Part shown: piece by piece, positions 7,010 to 16,021 of the stretch | Position numbering within the stretch: position 1 is the stretch's first letter | Layout of the letters: each line of letters opens with the position of its first letter | Assembly (NCBI GenBank): GCA_026413765.1 | Contig: JAOAKI010000001.1 | Span: 6,325-70,324 of the forward strand | DNA length: 64,000 nucleotides | Direction of reading: 5' to 3' | Origin: Candidatus Micrarchaeota archaeon | Lineage (GTDB): Archaea > Micrarchaeota > Micrarchaeia > Anstonellales > Anstonellaceae | Program-made: the position numbers and the translations under genes | The notes under the pieces: model-generated | What the model was told of the DNA's origin: nothing | Seen by the model: only the letters and a program-made list of their open reading frames with translations | Databases searched by the model: none

Positions 7010-8191
7010 TTATATTGCCTTGAGCCTCTTGCCGACTTTTTCGAATGCAGCAAGTGCATCGTTCATGTCGTCTTTCGTGTGCGCTGCAGTTATCATTGTC
7101 CTTATGCGCGCCTTGTCTTTGGCAACCATCGGATAAACAATCGGAAGCGCAAATACGCCCTCCTCAAAAAGTTGGCGTGAGAACTCTTGTGCAAGCTTGC
7201 TTTCGCCAAGCATTACAGGCGTAATTGGAGTTTGGCTTTCGCCTATGTCAAAGCCAAGCTTCTTCAGGCTGCCCTTCCAGTAGCGTGTATTTCTCCAAAG
7301 CTTGCGGACCAGGTGGTCATCTTTTTCCAAAAGCTTTATTGCAGCTATGCACGCGGCAATTGTCGCAGGAGGAGCAGAGCCAGAAAGCAGGAAAGACCTT
7401 GCTTTGTTTTGCAGGAACTCGCACAATGGCTTGCTGCCTGAGACATATCCTCCCACCACTCCAAAAGCCTTCGAAAAAGTCCCCATTTCAACCTCAATTT
7501 TCCCTTCCAGCTTGAAGTGGGAAACTATTCCTCTGCCGTGGTCTCCCAATACGCCATCACCATGAGCATCATCGACATAGACAAAAGCCCCATAGGCATG
7601 CGCAAGCTTTTCAATCTCATCAAGGGGCGCAATGTCACCATCCATTGAAAAGACACCATCCGTTATCACCCAGATTTTCTTGTAGCCTTTCGAGCTTGCC
7701 TCTTTCAATATCTTTTCCAATTCAGACATATCTTTGTGCTTGTATATGGCCCGCTCGGCTTTCGAAAGCCTCACGCCGTCAATAATGCTACCGTGGTTCA
7801 GCTCGTCTGAGATGAGCAAATCGCCTTCCACTCCAAGCTGCGGAATTGAGCCCTGGTTTGCGGCAAATCCTGTCTGAAAATAGACGGCTGCCTCGGTATG
7901 CTTGAACTGCGCAATCGTTTCCTCAAGCTCCAAGTGCAAATCCATTGTACCGGCGATTGCCCGCACTGATCCAGAGCCTGCCCCATGGCTCTTTATGGCA
8001 TCGATTGCGGCTTTTTTTAGCGCCCTGTGTTCAGAAAGCCCAAGATAATTGTTTGAGCACATCATTATTACGTCTTTCCCGTCAACTTTGCACCGAGGCC
8101 TGCTTGGGCCCTCAAGCTTCCTCAACTTCCAATAAAGGCCGTTTTGCTTAAGTGTTTCTATCTCTGATTTCAAATATTCATCCAGCTTCAT
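7010..8191 (-). CDS. kbl: 2-amino-3-ketobutyrate CoA ligase (glycine C-acetyltransferase; BioF/Kbl PLP family)
   Basis: MKLDEYLKSEIETLKQNGLYW..., CSNNYLGLSEH, SVRAIAGTMDLHLELEE, DDAHG and GTFSKAFG (the PLP lysine). The track ORF runs to 8491, but homology starts at ATG 8191. Confidence 0.8.
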   Translation of the reverse strand: MKLDEYLKSEIETLKQNGLYWKLRKLEGPSRPRCKVDGKDVIMMCSNNYLGLSEHRALKKAAIDAIKSHGAGSGSVRAIAGTMDLHLELEETIAQFKHTEAAVYFQTGFAANQGSIPQLGVEGDLLISDELNHGSIIDGVRLSKAERAIYKHKDMSELEKILKEASSKGYKKIWVITDGVFSMDGDIAPLDEIEKLAHAYGAFVYVDDAHGDGVLGDHGRGIVSHFKLEGKIEVEMGTFSKAFGVVGGYVSGSKPLCEFLQNKARSFLLSGSAPPATIAACIAAIKLLEKDDHLVRKLWRNTRYWKGSLKKLGFDIGESQTPITPVMLGESKLAQEFSRQLFEEGVFALPIVYPMVAKDKARIRTMITAAHTKDDMNDALAAFEKVGKRLKAI

Positions 8192-8293
8192 CTGACCACC
8201 AAAAAAGTTTTTGAGGCAACATTTTAATTTGTAGCCTGACAGTGGCATGCTGCCTTGCGAACTTTTTAAACAGCTGCCCCACAAATCCCATAT

Positions 8294-9073
8294 ATGCGCC
8301 ACCTGCTTCGCTTTTACTTTGGGGAAGGCAAGCCACAGCTTATATTCCGCGATTTTGACCAGCTTGGCATGCTTGAGCTGGAGGTTGGCAAATATGCGGA
8401 TATTGACTTCAGCAGCAGGCTTTCCTGCATAGGCTACAAAAGCCCGGGAGGCTATTTTGCTTGCCCCAATCACGCGCTCAACGTCCGGCAATGCTCAACT
8501 TGCTCTTATTTGGATGTCTCTCGCGCATACACGGTTGGCGATTTTTCTGCCTACCCTGAGCTTTACAAAGAAGCCCAACAGGAAGAATATTGCGTCTATC
8601 TTGCGCAATTTGGCAGCCAAATAACCAAATGCGGTGTTACAAGGGTGCAGAGGTTCTTGAGCAGGATGCTTGAGCAGGGTGCAGATTTTGGCTGCATCAT
8701 AGCTAAGTTCTGCGGTCCTGACCTAGTATATGCAATAGAGGAAGAGCTGCAGGCGCGCTTCTTGTTTGCCAATTCAGTCCGGATGTCGCAAAAGCTGCGG
8801 CTCTTTTCTTTCGACAGGCAAGAGGCAAAAGAGAAGCTTGCCTGCGCAATTGAGCTTGTCCGCTCTTCAGGAATCGTTCCAGATTTCGACCCGCAAATTC
8901 ATGACTTTTCCTCATACTACCCAAAAGTCGATTTTGTGCAGCAGGCAAGCTCAGTTTTAGGTGAAGTGCTGGGGGCAAAAGGCGAATTTTTGGTTTTCCG
9001 CTCTGAATTGGGGAAAGCCTTTGCGGTCAACATGAAGACTCAAGTAGGGCATTTTTTCGAGTTGCGTCAGTAA
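8294..9073 (+). CDS. hypothetical protein with Cys-cluster and possible GIY-YIG-like core
   Basis: A C-x-x-H...C-x-x-C cluster (FACPNHALNVRQCSTCS) is followed by YCVYLAQFGSQITKCGVTRVQR...AIEEEL, which loosely resembles GIY-x10-YIG-x-T...R...E. It may belong to the DUF2797 type, but I cannot verify that. Confidence 0.5.
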   Translation: MRHLLRFYFGEGKPQLIFRDFDQLGMLELEVGKYADIDFSSRLSCIGYKSPGGYFACPNHALNVRQCSTCSYLDVSRAYTVGDFSAYPELYKEAQQEEYCVYLAQFGSQITKCGVTRVQRFLSRMLEQGADFGCIIAKFCGPDLVYAIEEELQARFLFANSVRMSQKLRLFSFDRQEAKEKLACAIELVRSSGIVPDFDPQIHDFSSYYPKVDFVQQASSVLGEVLGAKGEFLVFRSELGKAFAVNMKTQVGHFFELRQ

Positions 9074-9774
9074 AAAGTCTCGGGCTTGACCAAAAACAGG
9101 GCTTCTTTTTGGCTTTCAGCTATTTGCAAGAGGCTCTTTTTTTCTAATTTTGCAAATACGCCATATGCTGAGCAAAAATCATTCGCGCTTTTTTTTCTTA
9201 TTTCAAACCCATCGCCATAATTTCTGTTTCTCAACAGCTTGCCGTCGCTAAGCTCATAAAAGCAAGCACCCTTCATCTGAGCAAACATCCGGTAGTCTGC
9301 CTCAAATGCGTCGCAGACCAGATTGGCAAGCAGAAGCTCCTTTTCCAGTGAAGGGTTTATTGTGACATGGCCATAGCCAGGGGGTATCAGCAGCTTTTCG
9401 CCCTTTTTTGCCGAAACCAGCACCGCATCCTGCACGCCAAGGTTGGTGACTTTTTGCAGCAGGAAATGCGCTTTCCCTTCCAGAACCTCATAAATTTCTG
9501 GCCAGGGAGTGCCAGCTGGAGCGTTTGGGTGCAGATGGCCAAAAGTCTTGTTGTATTCGCCGCACAAGTCGAATGCGGAGATCCTGGTGATGTCGTAGCG
9601 GAGGCTTCCGTATTTTTTGACCGCCCTGTACATCCAATAAAGCGCGGTTTCCGGCTCGATGTGCTTTTTTTGCGGGAAAGCCAACACCGGAACCATCTGC
9701 GCAAAAGTCCTCACTGCTGGGCGGAACTCTCGCCCATCCAACATCAAAATGTCCTCTTTGAACGACAGTGTCAT
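9067..9774 (-). CDS. pgiA: cupin-type glucose-6-phosphate isomerase
   Basis: TFGHLHPN...PEIYEVLEGKAHFLLQK...LIPPGYGHVTINP matches archaeal cupin PGI metal-binding motifs. ATG 9774 is preceded by GGAAGGGGAG and overlaps the upstream stop (ATGA). Confidence 0.8.
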   Translation of the reverse strand: MTLSFKEDILMLDGREFRPAVRTFAQMVPVLAFPQKKHIEPETALYWMYRAVKKYGSLRYDITRISAFDLCGEYNKTFGHLHPNAPAGTPWPEIYEVLEGKAHFLLQKVTNLGVQDAVLVSAKKGEKLLIPPGYGHVTINPSLEKELLLANLVCDAFEADYRMFAQMKGACFYELSDGKLLRNRNYGDGFEIRKKSANDFCSAYGVFAKLEKKSLLQIAESQKEALFLVKPETFY

Positions 9775-10253
9775 TTTCTCCCCTTCCTTTTTCTCTTCTT
9801 CTGCCCAACCTCTCCCCTTTCCTTGAACAAAAGAAATTCGTTTTTCATTGGGCAAATTTCGCTGATTGCGCGCTTGCCTTCATATTTTGCAAGCCTTTCC
9901 TTCTTGAGCTTTTCAATCACCAAATAAAGAAAGGTTGAGAAATCTCTCAAATCTATCTCGTACTCCTTTGTTACCTCTTCGCACCGCTGCAGCAATTTCA
10001 CCATGTCCACCAATATCTGCGGGTCAATCCTCTCTCCTGCTTTTGCTGCCTTTATCTTTTCCAAAAGAAGAAGCCTTGAAAGCTCAAGCTCTTTTGCGAT
10101 CTTCCTTAGCTTGCCTGTCTTTTTTTCGACCTTGATTTGGAAATCGGTCGAAAGCTGCACTACAGTCTCCCACGAAAGCTCTCCTAAGTTTTGGCTCAGC
10201 TGAACCGGCAGGCTGTATCGCTCCGAGAAGGGCAAACTTTCTTTTTCCACCAT
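9771..10253 (-). CDS. hypothetical helical protein with basic C-terminal tail (160 aa)
   Basis: ATG start and translational coupling to pgiA. It is predicted helical and charged, and ends in KKRKRKGRK. No family recognised. Confidence 0.5.
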   Translation of the reverse strand: MVEKESLPFSERYSLPVQLSQNLGELSWETVVQLSTDFQIKVEKKTGKLRKIAKELELSRLLLLEKIKAAKAGERIDPQILVDMVKLLQRCEEVTKEYEIDLRDFSTFLYLVIEKLKKERLAKYEGKRAISEICPMKNEFLLFKERGEVGQKKRKRKGRK

Positions 10254-10281
10254 CTTTCTCGCAAATCATCTCTCAGCTTCT

Positions 10282-10290
10282 CTTTAAAAG
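10282..10290 (+). promoter_or_regulatory. TATA-like box (CTTTAAAAG) upstream of the HerA-like gene
   Basis: It lies 21-29 nt upstream of ATG 10311, consistent with a leaderless or short-leader archaeal transcript. Confidence 0.3.
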
Positions 10291-10310
10291 GTTACGTGAA
10301 AAACAGCATT

Positions 10311-11825
10311 ATGCAAAAAGAGGTAGGTACTGTAATCTCCACGCCCGAAGGGCCAACCACCACCCATTTCGATTTTGTCATTTCAGACAATCGGGTGCGG
10401 AAAGGGCAGTTTGTCACTGTTGATGTCCCAACCGGAAAAGTCATAGGGTCAATCACCGAAATCACAAAGGCAAACAGGTATTTCGAGCGCGCAGAGTCGG
10501 TTGCAGAATACGAAAAGACCAGCCCGATTTCTGCTTCTTTTCCTGTTTCAGAATGGGAGTACAGTATTGCCTCTGTCAATGTGCATGGGCTGCTTTGCGA
10601 TGGGCAGACCGTCCGATCAACCTACCCTGTAAGCCCAGGCGACAGAGTGTTTGAGGCAGAGCCTGAGATGCTCAAAAAGTTCTTGCAGCTTGATGAATCC
10701 GGAATCTATATTGGCAATCTCTATCACCACGATTTGCAAATCAAGCTGTCGCTTTCGAAGCTTTTTCAAAAGCATCTTGCGATTCTTGCGATGTCAGGCA
10801 GCGGCAAGTCCTATCTTACCTGCGTGCTTATTGAGGAGCTGCTGGAAAGGCCGCCGCTTTCTGGAAGAATCGCGATTGTTGCAATTGACAACCATGGCGA
10901 ATATTCCGGCTTCAAGAATACGCAATACGGAAAGCAAACAACAGTAATAACTGGAAAGCAATTCAAGATACCTTACCGCAAAGTCTCCCCGCAAATGATT
11001 CGGGAATGGATTCCAGAAATGTCTGCAAGCCAATACCGCGAGCTTGTGCCGATCATGCAGCAGCTCAAAAGGGAGATGAAGCAGTCGGGAAGCCCCTTCG
11101 GAATCGAGGACCTCATCCAAAGGATAGAGCTGGACCTGAATGACAAAAAGAAAGAGAACATCAAAAGGCCCCTGCTTGGCTGGCTTACTGAGCTTGCCTT
11201 GCTTAAAGTGATTGGGAGTTCTGATAGCCACCAATTTGAGCAATTTGTAGAGCCTGGCCGCCTGCTTGTACTGGATCTGTCCGACATTGAGAACCAAAGA
11301 AAAAAGCAAATCATCGTTTCTTATGTCTGCAGGCGGCTCTTCCGCCTGCGCAAAAAAGAGAAAATCGCTCCGTTTTTGCTTGTTGTCGAAGAAGCGCACA
11401 ATTTCGCGCCCGAGAAGGTGGAAAAGCACCATGCGCTTGCAAGGGCGCCGATCATAACAATCGCAAGGGAAGGGAGAAAATTTGGCGCTTGCCTTTGCCT
11501 CATTTCTCAAAGGCCTGTCCACCTTGCAACCAGCGCACTTTCGCAATGCAACACCAATATAATCTTGCGCATGACCAACCCATTCGACATAAAGCATGTT
11601 GGGGAGTCTTGCGAAGGCATAGACAGCGACATGCTCAATTCGATCACCACCTTGAGAGTAGGCGAGGCATTGATAGTTGGGGAAGCAATCAGCTCTCCAA
11701 TTTTCGTGAAAATAAGAAGAAGGAAGTCCGAATTTGCCTCAAAAGGCAAGTCGCTTGAGCTGCTTTCAAAATCTTTCGAGGAGGCAAAAAAGAAAAAAGA
11801 GCAGGATGTAGAGGCGTTCTTGTAA
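10311..11825 (+). CDS. HerA-like (DUF87, FtsK/HerA superfamily) ATPase with N-terminal barrel domain
   Basis: The N-terminal region GTVISTPEGPTTTHFDFVISDNRVRKGQFVTVDV resembles a HAS barrel. Walker A is AILAMSGSGKSY (10791-10815), Walker B is LLVVEEAHNF, and ISQRP and TNIILRMTNP are also present. Confidence 0.8.
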   Translation: MQKEVGTVISTPEGPTTTHFDFVISDNRVRKGQFVTVDVPTGKVIGSITEITKANRYFERAESVAEYEKTSPISASFPVSEWEYSIASVNVHGLLCDGQTVRSTYPVSPGDRVFEAEPEMLKKFLQLDESGIYIGNLYHHDLQIKLSLSKLFQKHLAILAMSGSGKSYLTCVLIEELLERPPLSGRIAIVAIDNHGEYSGFKNTQYGKQTTVITGKQFKIPYRKVSPQMIREWIPEMSASQYRELVPIMQQLKREMKQSGSPFGIEDLIQRIELDLNDKKKENIKRPLLGWLTELALLKVIGSSDSHQFEQFVEPGRLLVLDLSDIENQRKKQIIVSYVCRRLFRLRKKEKIAPFLLVVEEAHNFAPEKVEKHHALARAPIITIAREGRKFGACLCLISQRPVHLATSALSQCNTNIILRMTNPFDIKHVGESCEGIDSDMLNSITTLRVGEALIVGEAISSPIFVKIRRRKSEFASKGKSLELLSKSFEEAKKKKEQDVEAFL

Positions 11826-11875
11826 AGAAGCCTGGCTGAACGCAATAATTTAAAGCTGAGCGCAGAAAGCCAGTT

Positions 11876-12787
11876 GTGGCAAGCTCCAATATTGTCAGAA
11901 GAGACCATCTCGGCAGGCTTGTAGTGCTCACTGCTTTGCGTAGCAGCAGGCCGCACGACTTTGGCCACCAAAAGCAGCCAAAGGTTCAGCAGCCAAAAGG
12001 CTGCTTTTTTTGCCCAGGAAACGAGCACCTCACGCCTCCAGAGATTTTCAGGATAGAGAAGGAAGGCAGGTGGGAAGTAAGGGTCTTTCCCAACAAGTTC
12101 CCTGCTTTCGACAGCCAAAGCAAATCCGCATATGGGCGGCACGAGGTCATTGTGGAGACACCAAATCACTACGCCACTCTCTCAGAGCTTTCAGTTGAAA
12201 ATCTTTTTGACTATCTTTCAGCGCTCTCTTTGAGGCTGGCTGACGCAAAAAAAGATCCAAAGCTCAAATACACTTCAATTTTCAAAAATGAAGGAAAAGA
12301 GGCAGGCTGCTCGCTGGAGCATTCGCACAGCCAGCTTGTCAGCATGCCATTCATCCCTCCTTTCATAAAAAAGCTTTCGAAGAAATCAAAAGCTTTCGCA
12401 AAGCTTGCCTCAAGCAGCAAGCTTTGCTGGGCAAGCAACCAGTATTTTGTCGCGCTCTGCCCAAAAGCACCGCGCTTCCACCTTGAGACCCTGATTTTGC
12501 CCAAGCAGCCAGAAGCATCGATGGACTTGATGGATGCTGAGAAGCTCTACAGCTTGGCAGAAATTCTCAAGACTGCTTTGGTGGCAATCGATAGGGCTGC
12601 AAACTTCCCTCCTTACAATATCATATTTCACAACGCACCTCACGGAATGGAAAGTTTCCCTTTCCACCTGCAAATCATTCCGCGGCTTTCGATTTGGGCT
12701 GGCTTTGAGCTTAGCACAGAAATTGTGATGCTTTCTGACTCGCCTGTGCAGATGGCAGAAAAGCTAAGGAAAGCCTCAATCGGCTAA
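11876..12787 (+). CDS. galactose-1-phosphate uridylyltransferase family (HIT superfamily) protein
   Basis: The Zn motif CFFCPGNEH and the active-site motif SLEHSHSQL (HxHxQ) are present. The start appears to be GTG at 11876. Confidence 0.8.
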   Translation: MASSNIVRRDHLGRLVVLTALRSSRPHDFGHQKQPKVQQPKGCFFCPGNEHLTPPEIFRIEKEGRWEVRVFPNKFPAFDSQSKSAYGRHEVIVETPNHYATLSELSVENLFDYLSALSLRLADAKKDPKLKYTSIFKNEGKEAGCSLEHSHSQLVSMPFIPPFIKKLSKKSKAFAKLASSSKLCWASNQYFVALCPKAPRFHLETLILPKQPEASMDLMDAEKLYSLAEILKTALVAIDRAANFPPYNIIFHNAPHGMESFPFHLQIIPRLSIWAGFELSTEIVMLSDSPVQMAEKLRKASIG

Positions 12788-13068
12788 TGCATATTTTTGT
12801 GCACTGTTACAGATATTTTTATAACCTTCTTAGCACAATCAGACAAGGCTTCTGTGGTGAGGTTATGCTGAAAGCAACTAGAAATGAGCTCAGCAAAGAC
12901 CATAAGCAACTGGCCCTAGCTGCAGTGCTGCATCGCGACGCAATTGCAAAATTCATCGAAAAAATAGCCCCAAAAGTCTCTCGGCTTCGCCCAAAATTCC
13001 TCCCTGTAGATAAGATAGTTTATTGCCGCCTTGGAAACAAGAAAGTCATCAAATTCATCTATTCTTAG
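12787..13068 (+). CDS. hypothetical ORF, possibly the N-terminal fragment of the downstream kinase-like gene
   Basis: Its ATG overlaps the GalT stop (TAATG). It ends in ...IVYCRLGNKKVIKFIYS, which resembles a kinase beta-3 (V-A-I-K) strand. A TAG stop follows, and the next ORF continues in another frame. Confidence 0.3.
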   Translation: MHIFVHCYRYFYNLLSTIRQGFCGEVMLKATRNELSKDHKQLALAAVLHRDAIAKFIEKIAPKVSRLRPKFLPVDKIVYCRLGNKKVIKFIYS

Positions 13069-13724
13069 GTGTTTTCTTGCAAGCCTTTGCTGTTTTTTTG
13101 GAAGGTTTTGAGCACCTCAGCTATCCTCTTGGGAAAGAGGACACTCCGCAGGAGTTCGAATCCAGAAAAGAGGCGTTTTTTCTTGTCAAGGTTGGAAGCG
13201 AGCTTGAGGCGCAATCTTTCGTTGCCGCCTGCGATGCTATCCAAAAGCATGCGTCTGTCCCTGTTGGCTATCTTTTCAAAGGAGGCGAATTTTTTTTGGT
13301 CTGCAAGCAAAGGAAATCCGCAAGAAAGCAGCAAACATTCATCACCCCAGAAGAAAAGCGCCAGCTTGCAGAGAAAATCATATTGAGGCTGGCCGAAATC
13401 CACTCCGAAGGCCTCTGCTGCGGAGGGATTTCTCCCGAAGCAATCGAATATGCTGAAAAAAAGGTGTTTTTGTCCGATCCTTCAAGGCTTTCTGCCTCGA
13501 CAGAGGCAAACGAAATGTTTTTCGAGGTCATTTCCACCCTCTGCCTGCTCAAAAAGCACAAGCTTGCATCCGAAAAAGATTTCGGCCGGCTTGCAAGCAT
13601 TTACCTTTCGTTCTCCCCAATCTGTCGCGACGCAGTGTATTCCTACTCAATTCAGAAAAGCAAAAAGGGCTCGCTGAAAGAGATCATCGTAAGATGCGCC
13701 GCAAAGTACTCCTCTTATTTTTAG
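13023..13724 (+). CDS. protein-kinase-like protein with degenerate catalytic loop (pseudokinase or decaying gene)
   Basis: LAEIHSEGLCCGGISPEAIEY...KVFLSDPS (13401-13445) aligns with the RIO/Bud32-type LHxxGxxHGDLxPxNI...DFG pattern. However, HGD is replaced by CGG and DFG by SDP. There is no ATG at the ORF start (TTG). Confidence 0.45.
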   Translation: MPPWKQESHQIHLFLGVFLQAFAVFLEGFEHLSYPLGKEDTPQEFESRKEAFFLVKVGSELEAQSFVAACDAIQKHASVPVGYLFKGGEFFLVCKQRKSARKQQTFITPEEKRQLAEKIILRLAEIHSEGLCCGGISPEAIEYAEKKVFLSDPSRLSASTEANEMFFEVISTLCLLKKHKLASEKDFGRLASIYLSFSPICRDAVYSYSIQKSKKGSLKEIIVRCAAKYSSYF

Positions 13725-16012
13725 GAAATCTGACTTGCGCGTGTTGGACTGTCTGCGCTTTTGTCTCTTTCAAGATTCCATACCGTCCCTTGCGCAGCCT
13801 GCCCAAGAGCCGACTCATGGGTGATTATGAACGTCTGCTGCACTATTTGGGGAATCTTTGTCTGTATTGCTTCGGAAAGGAGGGCAATTGCGTCACTGTC
13901 CAAATTGTGCGTAGGCTCATCAAGCACAAGCCAGCTGAGGTTAGGAGTAAGCACCGAGGCAAACGCAATCCTTAACGCAAGGCAGAGGCAGGCGCGCTCT
14001 CCCCCTGAAGCAATATTGTCCACCTCTCTCCACTCATCCTTGAACATAAGAAAGCGGTAGTCCTTTTCGTCAGCCTCTATCTTCACTTCTTTGTAGTCAG
14101 AATAGGGGTAAATTGCAGGCCATATCTCTGCCAAAGCTGCATTTATCTCCTCGATAAGGTCTGACCGCAGCTCGGTTTGGGCAGCAACCAAGCAATTCTT
14201 GTAAATTCTCATGCTTTCTGCTGCTTCTGCATATCTTTTTGCCTTTGACTGCCTCTGCCTTATTTGCGCCCACTCATTCCTGAGGCTCTCAATCATCTTC
14301 TCAAGAACTTGCTTTTTTTCGCTTTTGCCTTTCTCTTCCTGCTGCTTTCTTGCAAGCTCAAGGGACGCCTCACTCAGCCTTCTTTTTTTAAGCTCGTACT
14401 CTTCCTGGTCGAATTTGATGCTTTCAAGCTCAGCCTGGCTTTTTGCAAGCATCGTCTTGGCATCCTCAAGGTCGCCAAAAAGCTTGTCCAGCCTTTGTAT
14501 CTCCTCTGCTTCCTTTTGCGCCAGCAGAAGCTGCTGTTGCAGCTCAAACAGCCTCTCCTGCAGCAAATTGTATCCCAGCTGCTCCTTTTCTGCCTCTTGC
14601 TTGAGCCTTTCAATGTCCTCCTGCGGAAGCTCTTGCTCCTTTTCAGCTGCCTCTGCCTCAGAAAGAAGGCGCATTGCTTCAGCGATTGCGTTTTCTGCTT
14701 TTGCAGCTTCCTTTTGCGCCTCTTTTGCCTGCAGGCAGATTTTTTCCGCATCTTCCTCCTGCCTTTTCTTTTCCGCTTCTTTTTCTTTCCTCAACTGCAC
14801 TGCTCTTTGAGTATTCAAGAAGCTGTCGCACACAGGGCATTTTGCGTCTGCCTTCTCCAATGCCTTGATCGCAATCCCAAGCTGCTCAATCTTTGCGCGC
14901 ATAGCGGCGCATTGGCTGCCCAAAGCCTCTGCCTCTTCTTTCTTTCGCGAAAGCAGCTCTTCAGCCTCCTGAAGAGACCGGTTTTGCAGGATGCTGGCAG
15001 CCTTCGCCTTGAGCATCGCTGCCTTTTCTTTCCTTTCTTTGCGCAGCTTTTCTGCGCTCTGGGCAACCGCGATTCTTGACGAAAGCAGAGAGATTGCCTT
15101 CTGCTTCATTTCAAGCTCCTGCCTTTTCTGGACCATTTCTTTCTTGAAAGCCTCTGCTTTCTTTTCAGCAGCATAAAGAGCCTGCTTTTCTGGCTTTGCC
15201 TTGCCTTCAGCCTCTTTCTTCAGCCTCTCCAGCAATCCCTCTAGTTTCTTGCATTCTGCAGTCTGGGCTGCCCATCTTGTTTTTGCATCCTCAAGCAGCT
15301 TGACCTCAGCCTCAATCTCTTGCTTGGCCTTCAATGCGCCTTCGATTGCCCTGCGCAATGACTCCAGCTCTTGACCCAGCGACTGCAGCTCTTTTTCATA
15401 CTCGCCGATTTGCTTTTCAATTGCAGACAGCCTCTCTTGGTCTTGGGGGAGGCTGAGCGCCTCTGCCTGCTGCTGCAGCCTGGTTGCAGTAGTTTGCGCC
15501 TCTTTTGCCGCATCATCAAATTGCCCAAGGCCAAGCAACCAATCTATCTCGGTCTTTCTCTGCTTGGGGTTGAGCGAAAGCAGAAAGTCCATCCGGTTTT
15601 GCTCAGAGTATATCGCCCTGCTGAAAAGCTCATAATCTGTGCCCAATATTTCCTCTATCAGCGCTGTGGTCTGCCTTGTGCCTTTCTGCAGAAGCTTGCC
15701 ATCGCACCTCAGCTCTGCATCTGATAAATTCTTCCCTATTTTGCGGACCACTTGGTATTTTTTGCCTTCTTTTTCAAATTCAAGCTCCACCTTTGCGTAA
15801 GGGGCCATGCTGCCAATCCTGACCAAGTCCTCGGTTGTAATGTCCCTTCTTGCCAGACGCGGAAATGTGCCGTATAGCGCAAAGCATATCGCATCCAAGA
15901 CAGATGACTTTCCTGCACCCATCCTGCCAACTAGTATGTTCGTCCCTTTCGAAAAAGCAAATTCGCTGTGCTCGTGCGACTTGAAATTCTCAAGAGCCAA
16001 TTTTGTTATCAT
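13721..16012 (-). CDS. rad50: Rad50-type SMC-like ATPase with zinc hook
   Basis: Walker A is LVGRMGAGKSSVLDAICFALYG. A long coiled coil carries a central CPVC hook (14828-14839). The signature motif is SGGERACLCLALRIA and Walker B/D-loop is LVLDEPTHNLD. Confidence 0.85.
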   Translation of the reverse strand: MITKLALENFKSHEHSEFAFSKGTNILVGRMGAGKSSVLDAICFALYGTFPRLARRDITTEDLVRIGSMAPYAKVELEFEKEGKKYQVVRKIGKNLSDAELRCDGKLLQKGTRQTTALIEEILGTDYELFSRAIYSEQNRMDFLLSLNPKQRKTEIDWLLGLGQFDDAAKEAQTTATRLQQQAEALSLPQDQERLSAIEKQIGEYEKELQSLGQELESLRRAIEGALKAKQEIEAEVKLLEDAKTRWAAQTAECKKLEGLLERLKKEAEGKAKPEKQALYAAEKKAEAFKKEMVQKRQELEMKQKAISLLSSRIAVAQSAEKLRKERKEKAAMLKAKAASILQNRSLQEAEELLSRKKEEAEALGSQCAAMRAKIEQLGIAIKALEKADAKCPVCDSFLNTQRAVQLRKEKEAEKKRQEEDAEKICLQAKEAQKEAAKAENAIAEAMRLLSEAEAAEKEQELPQEDIERLKQEAEKEQLGYNLLQERLFELQQQLLLAQKEAEEIQRLDKLFGDLEDAKTMLAKSQAELESIKFDQEEYELKKRRLSEASLELARKQQEEKGKSEKKQVLEKMIESLRNEWAQIRQRQSKAKRYAEAAESMRIYKNCLVAAQTELRSDLIEEINAALAEIWPAIYPYSDYKEVKIEADEKDYRFLMFKDEWREVDNIASGGERACLCLALRIAFASVLTPNLSWLVLDEPTHNLDSDAIALLSEAIQTKIPQIVQQTFIITHESALGQAAQGTVWNLERDKSADSPTRASQIS

Positions 16013-16021
16013 CTTTCCGCC

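Noticed and set aside
8192-8491. A 100-aa N-terminal extension of the kbl ORF, and the similar 5' extension of the CoA-binding ORF (36940..37344).
   Set aside because: Family homology starts at internal ATGs (8191 and 36939). The extensions overlap other genes or promoter regions and have implausible composition.
14211-15079. Long plus-strand ORFs (199 and 271 aa) and several others inside rad50.
   Set aside because: They are antisense to the Rad50 coiled-coil region. They have Leu/Ser/Phe/Cys-rich low-complexity translations typical of the reverse complement of E/K/A/L-rich coding sequence.
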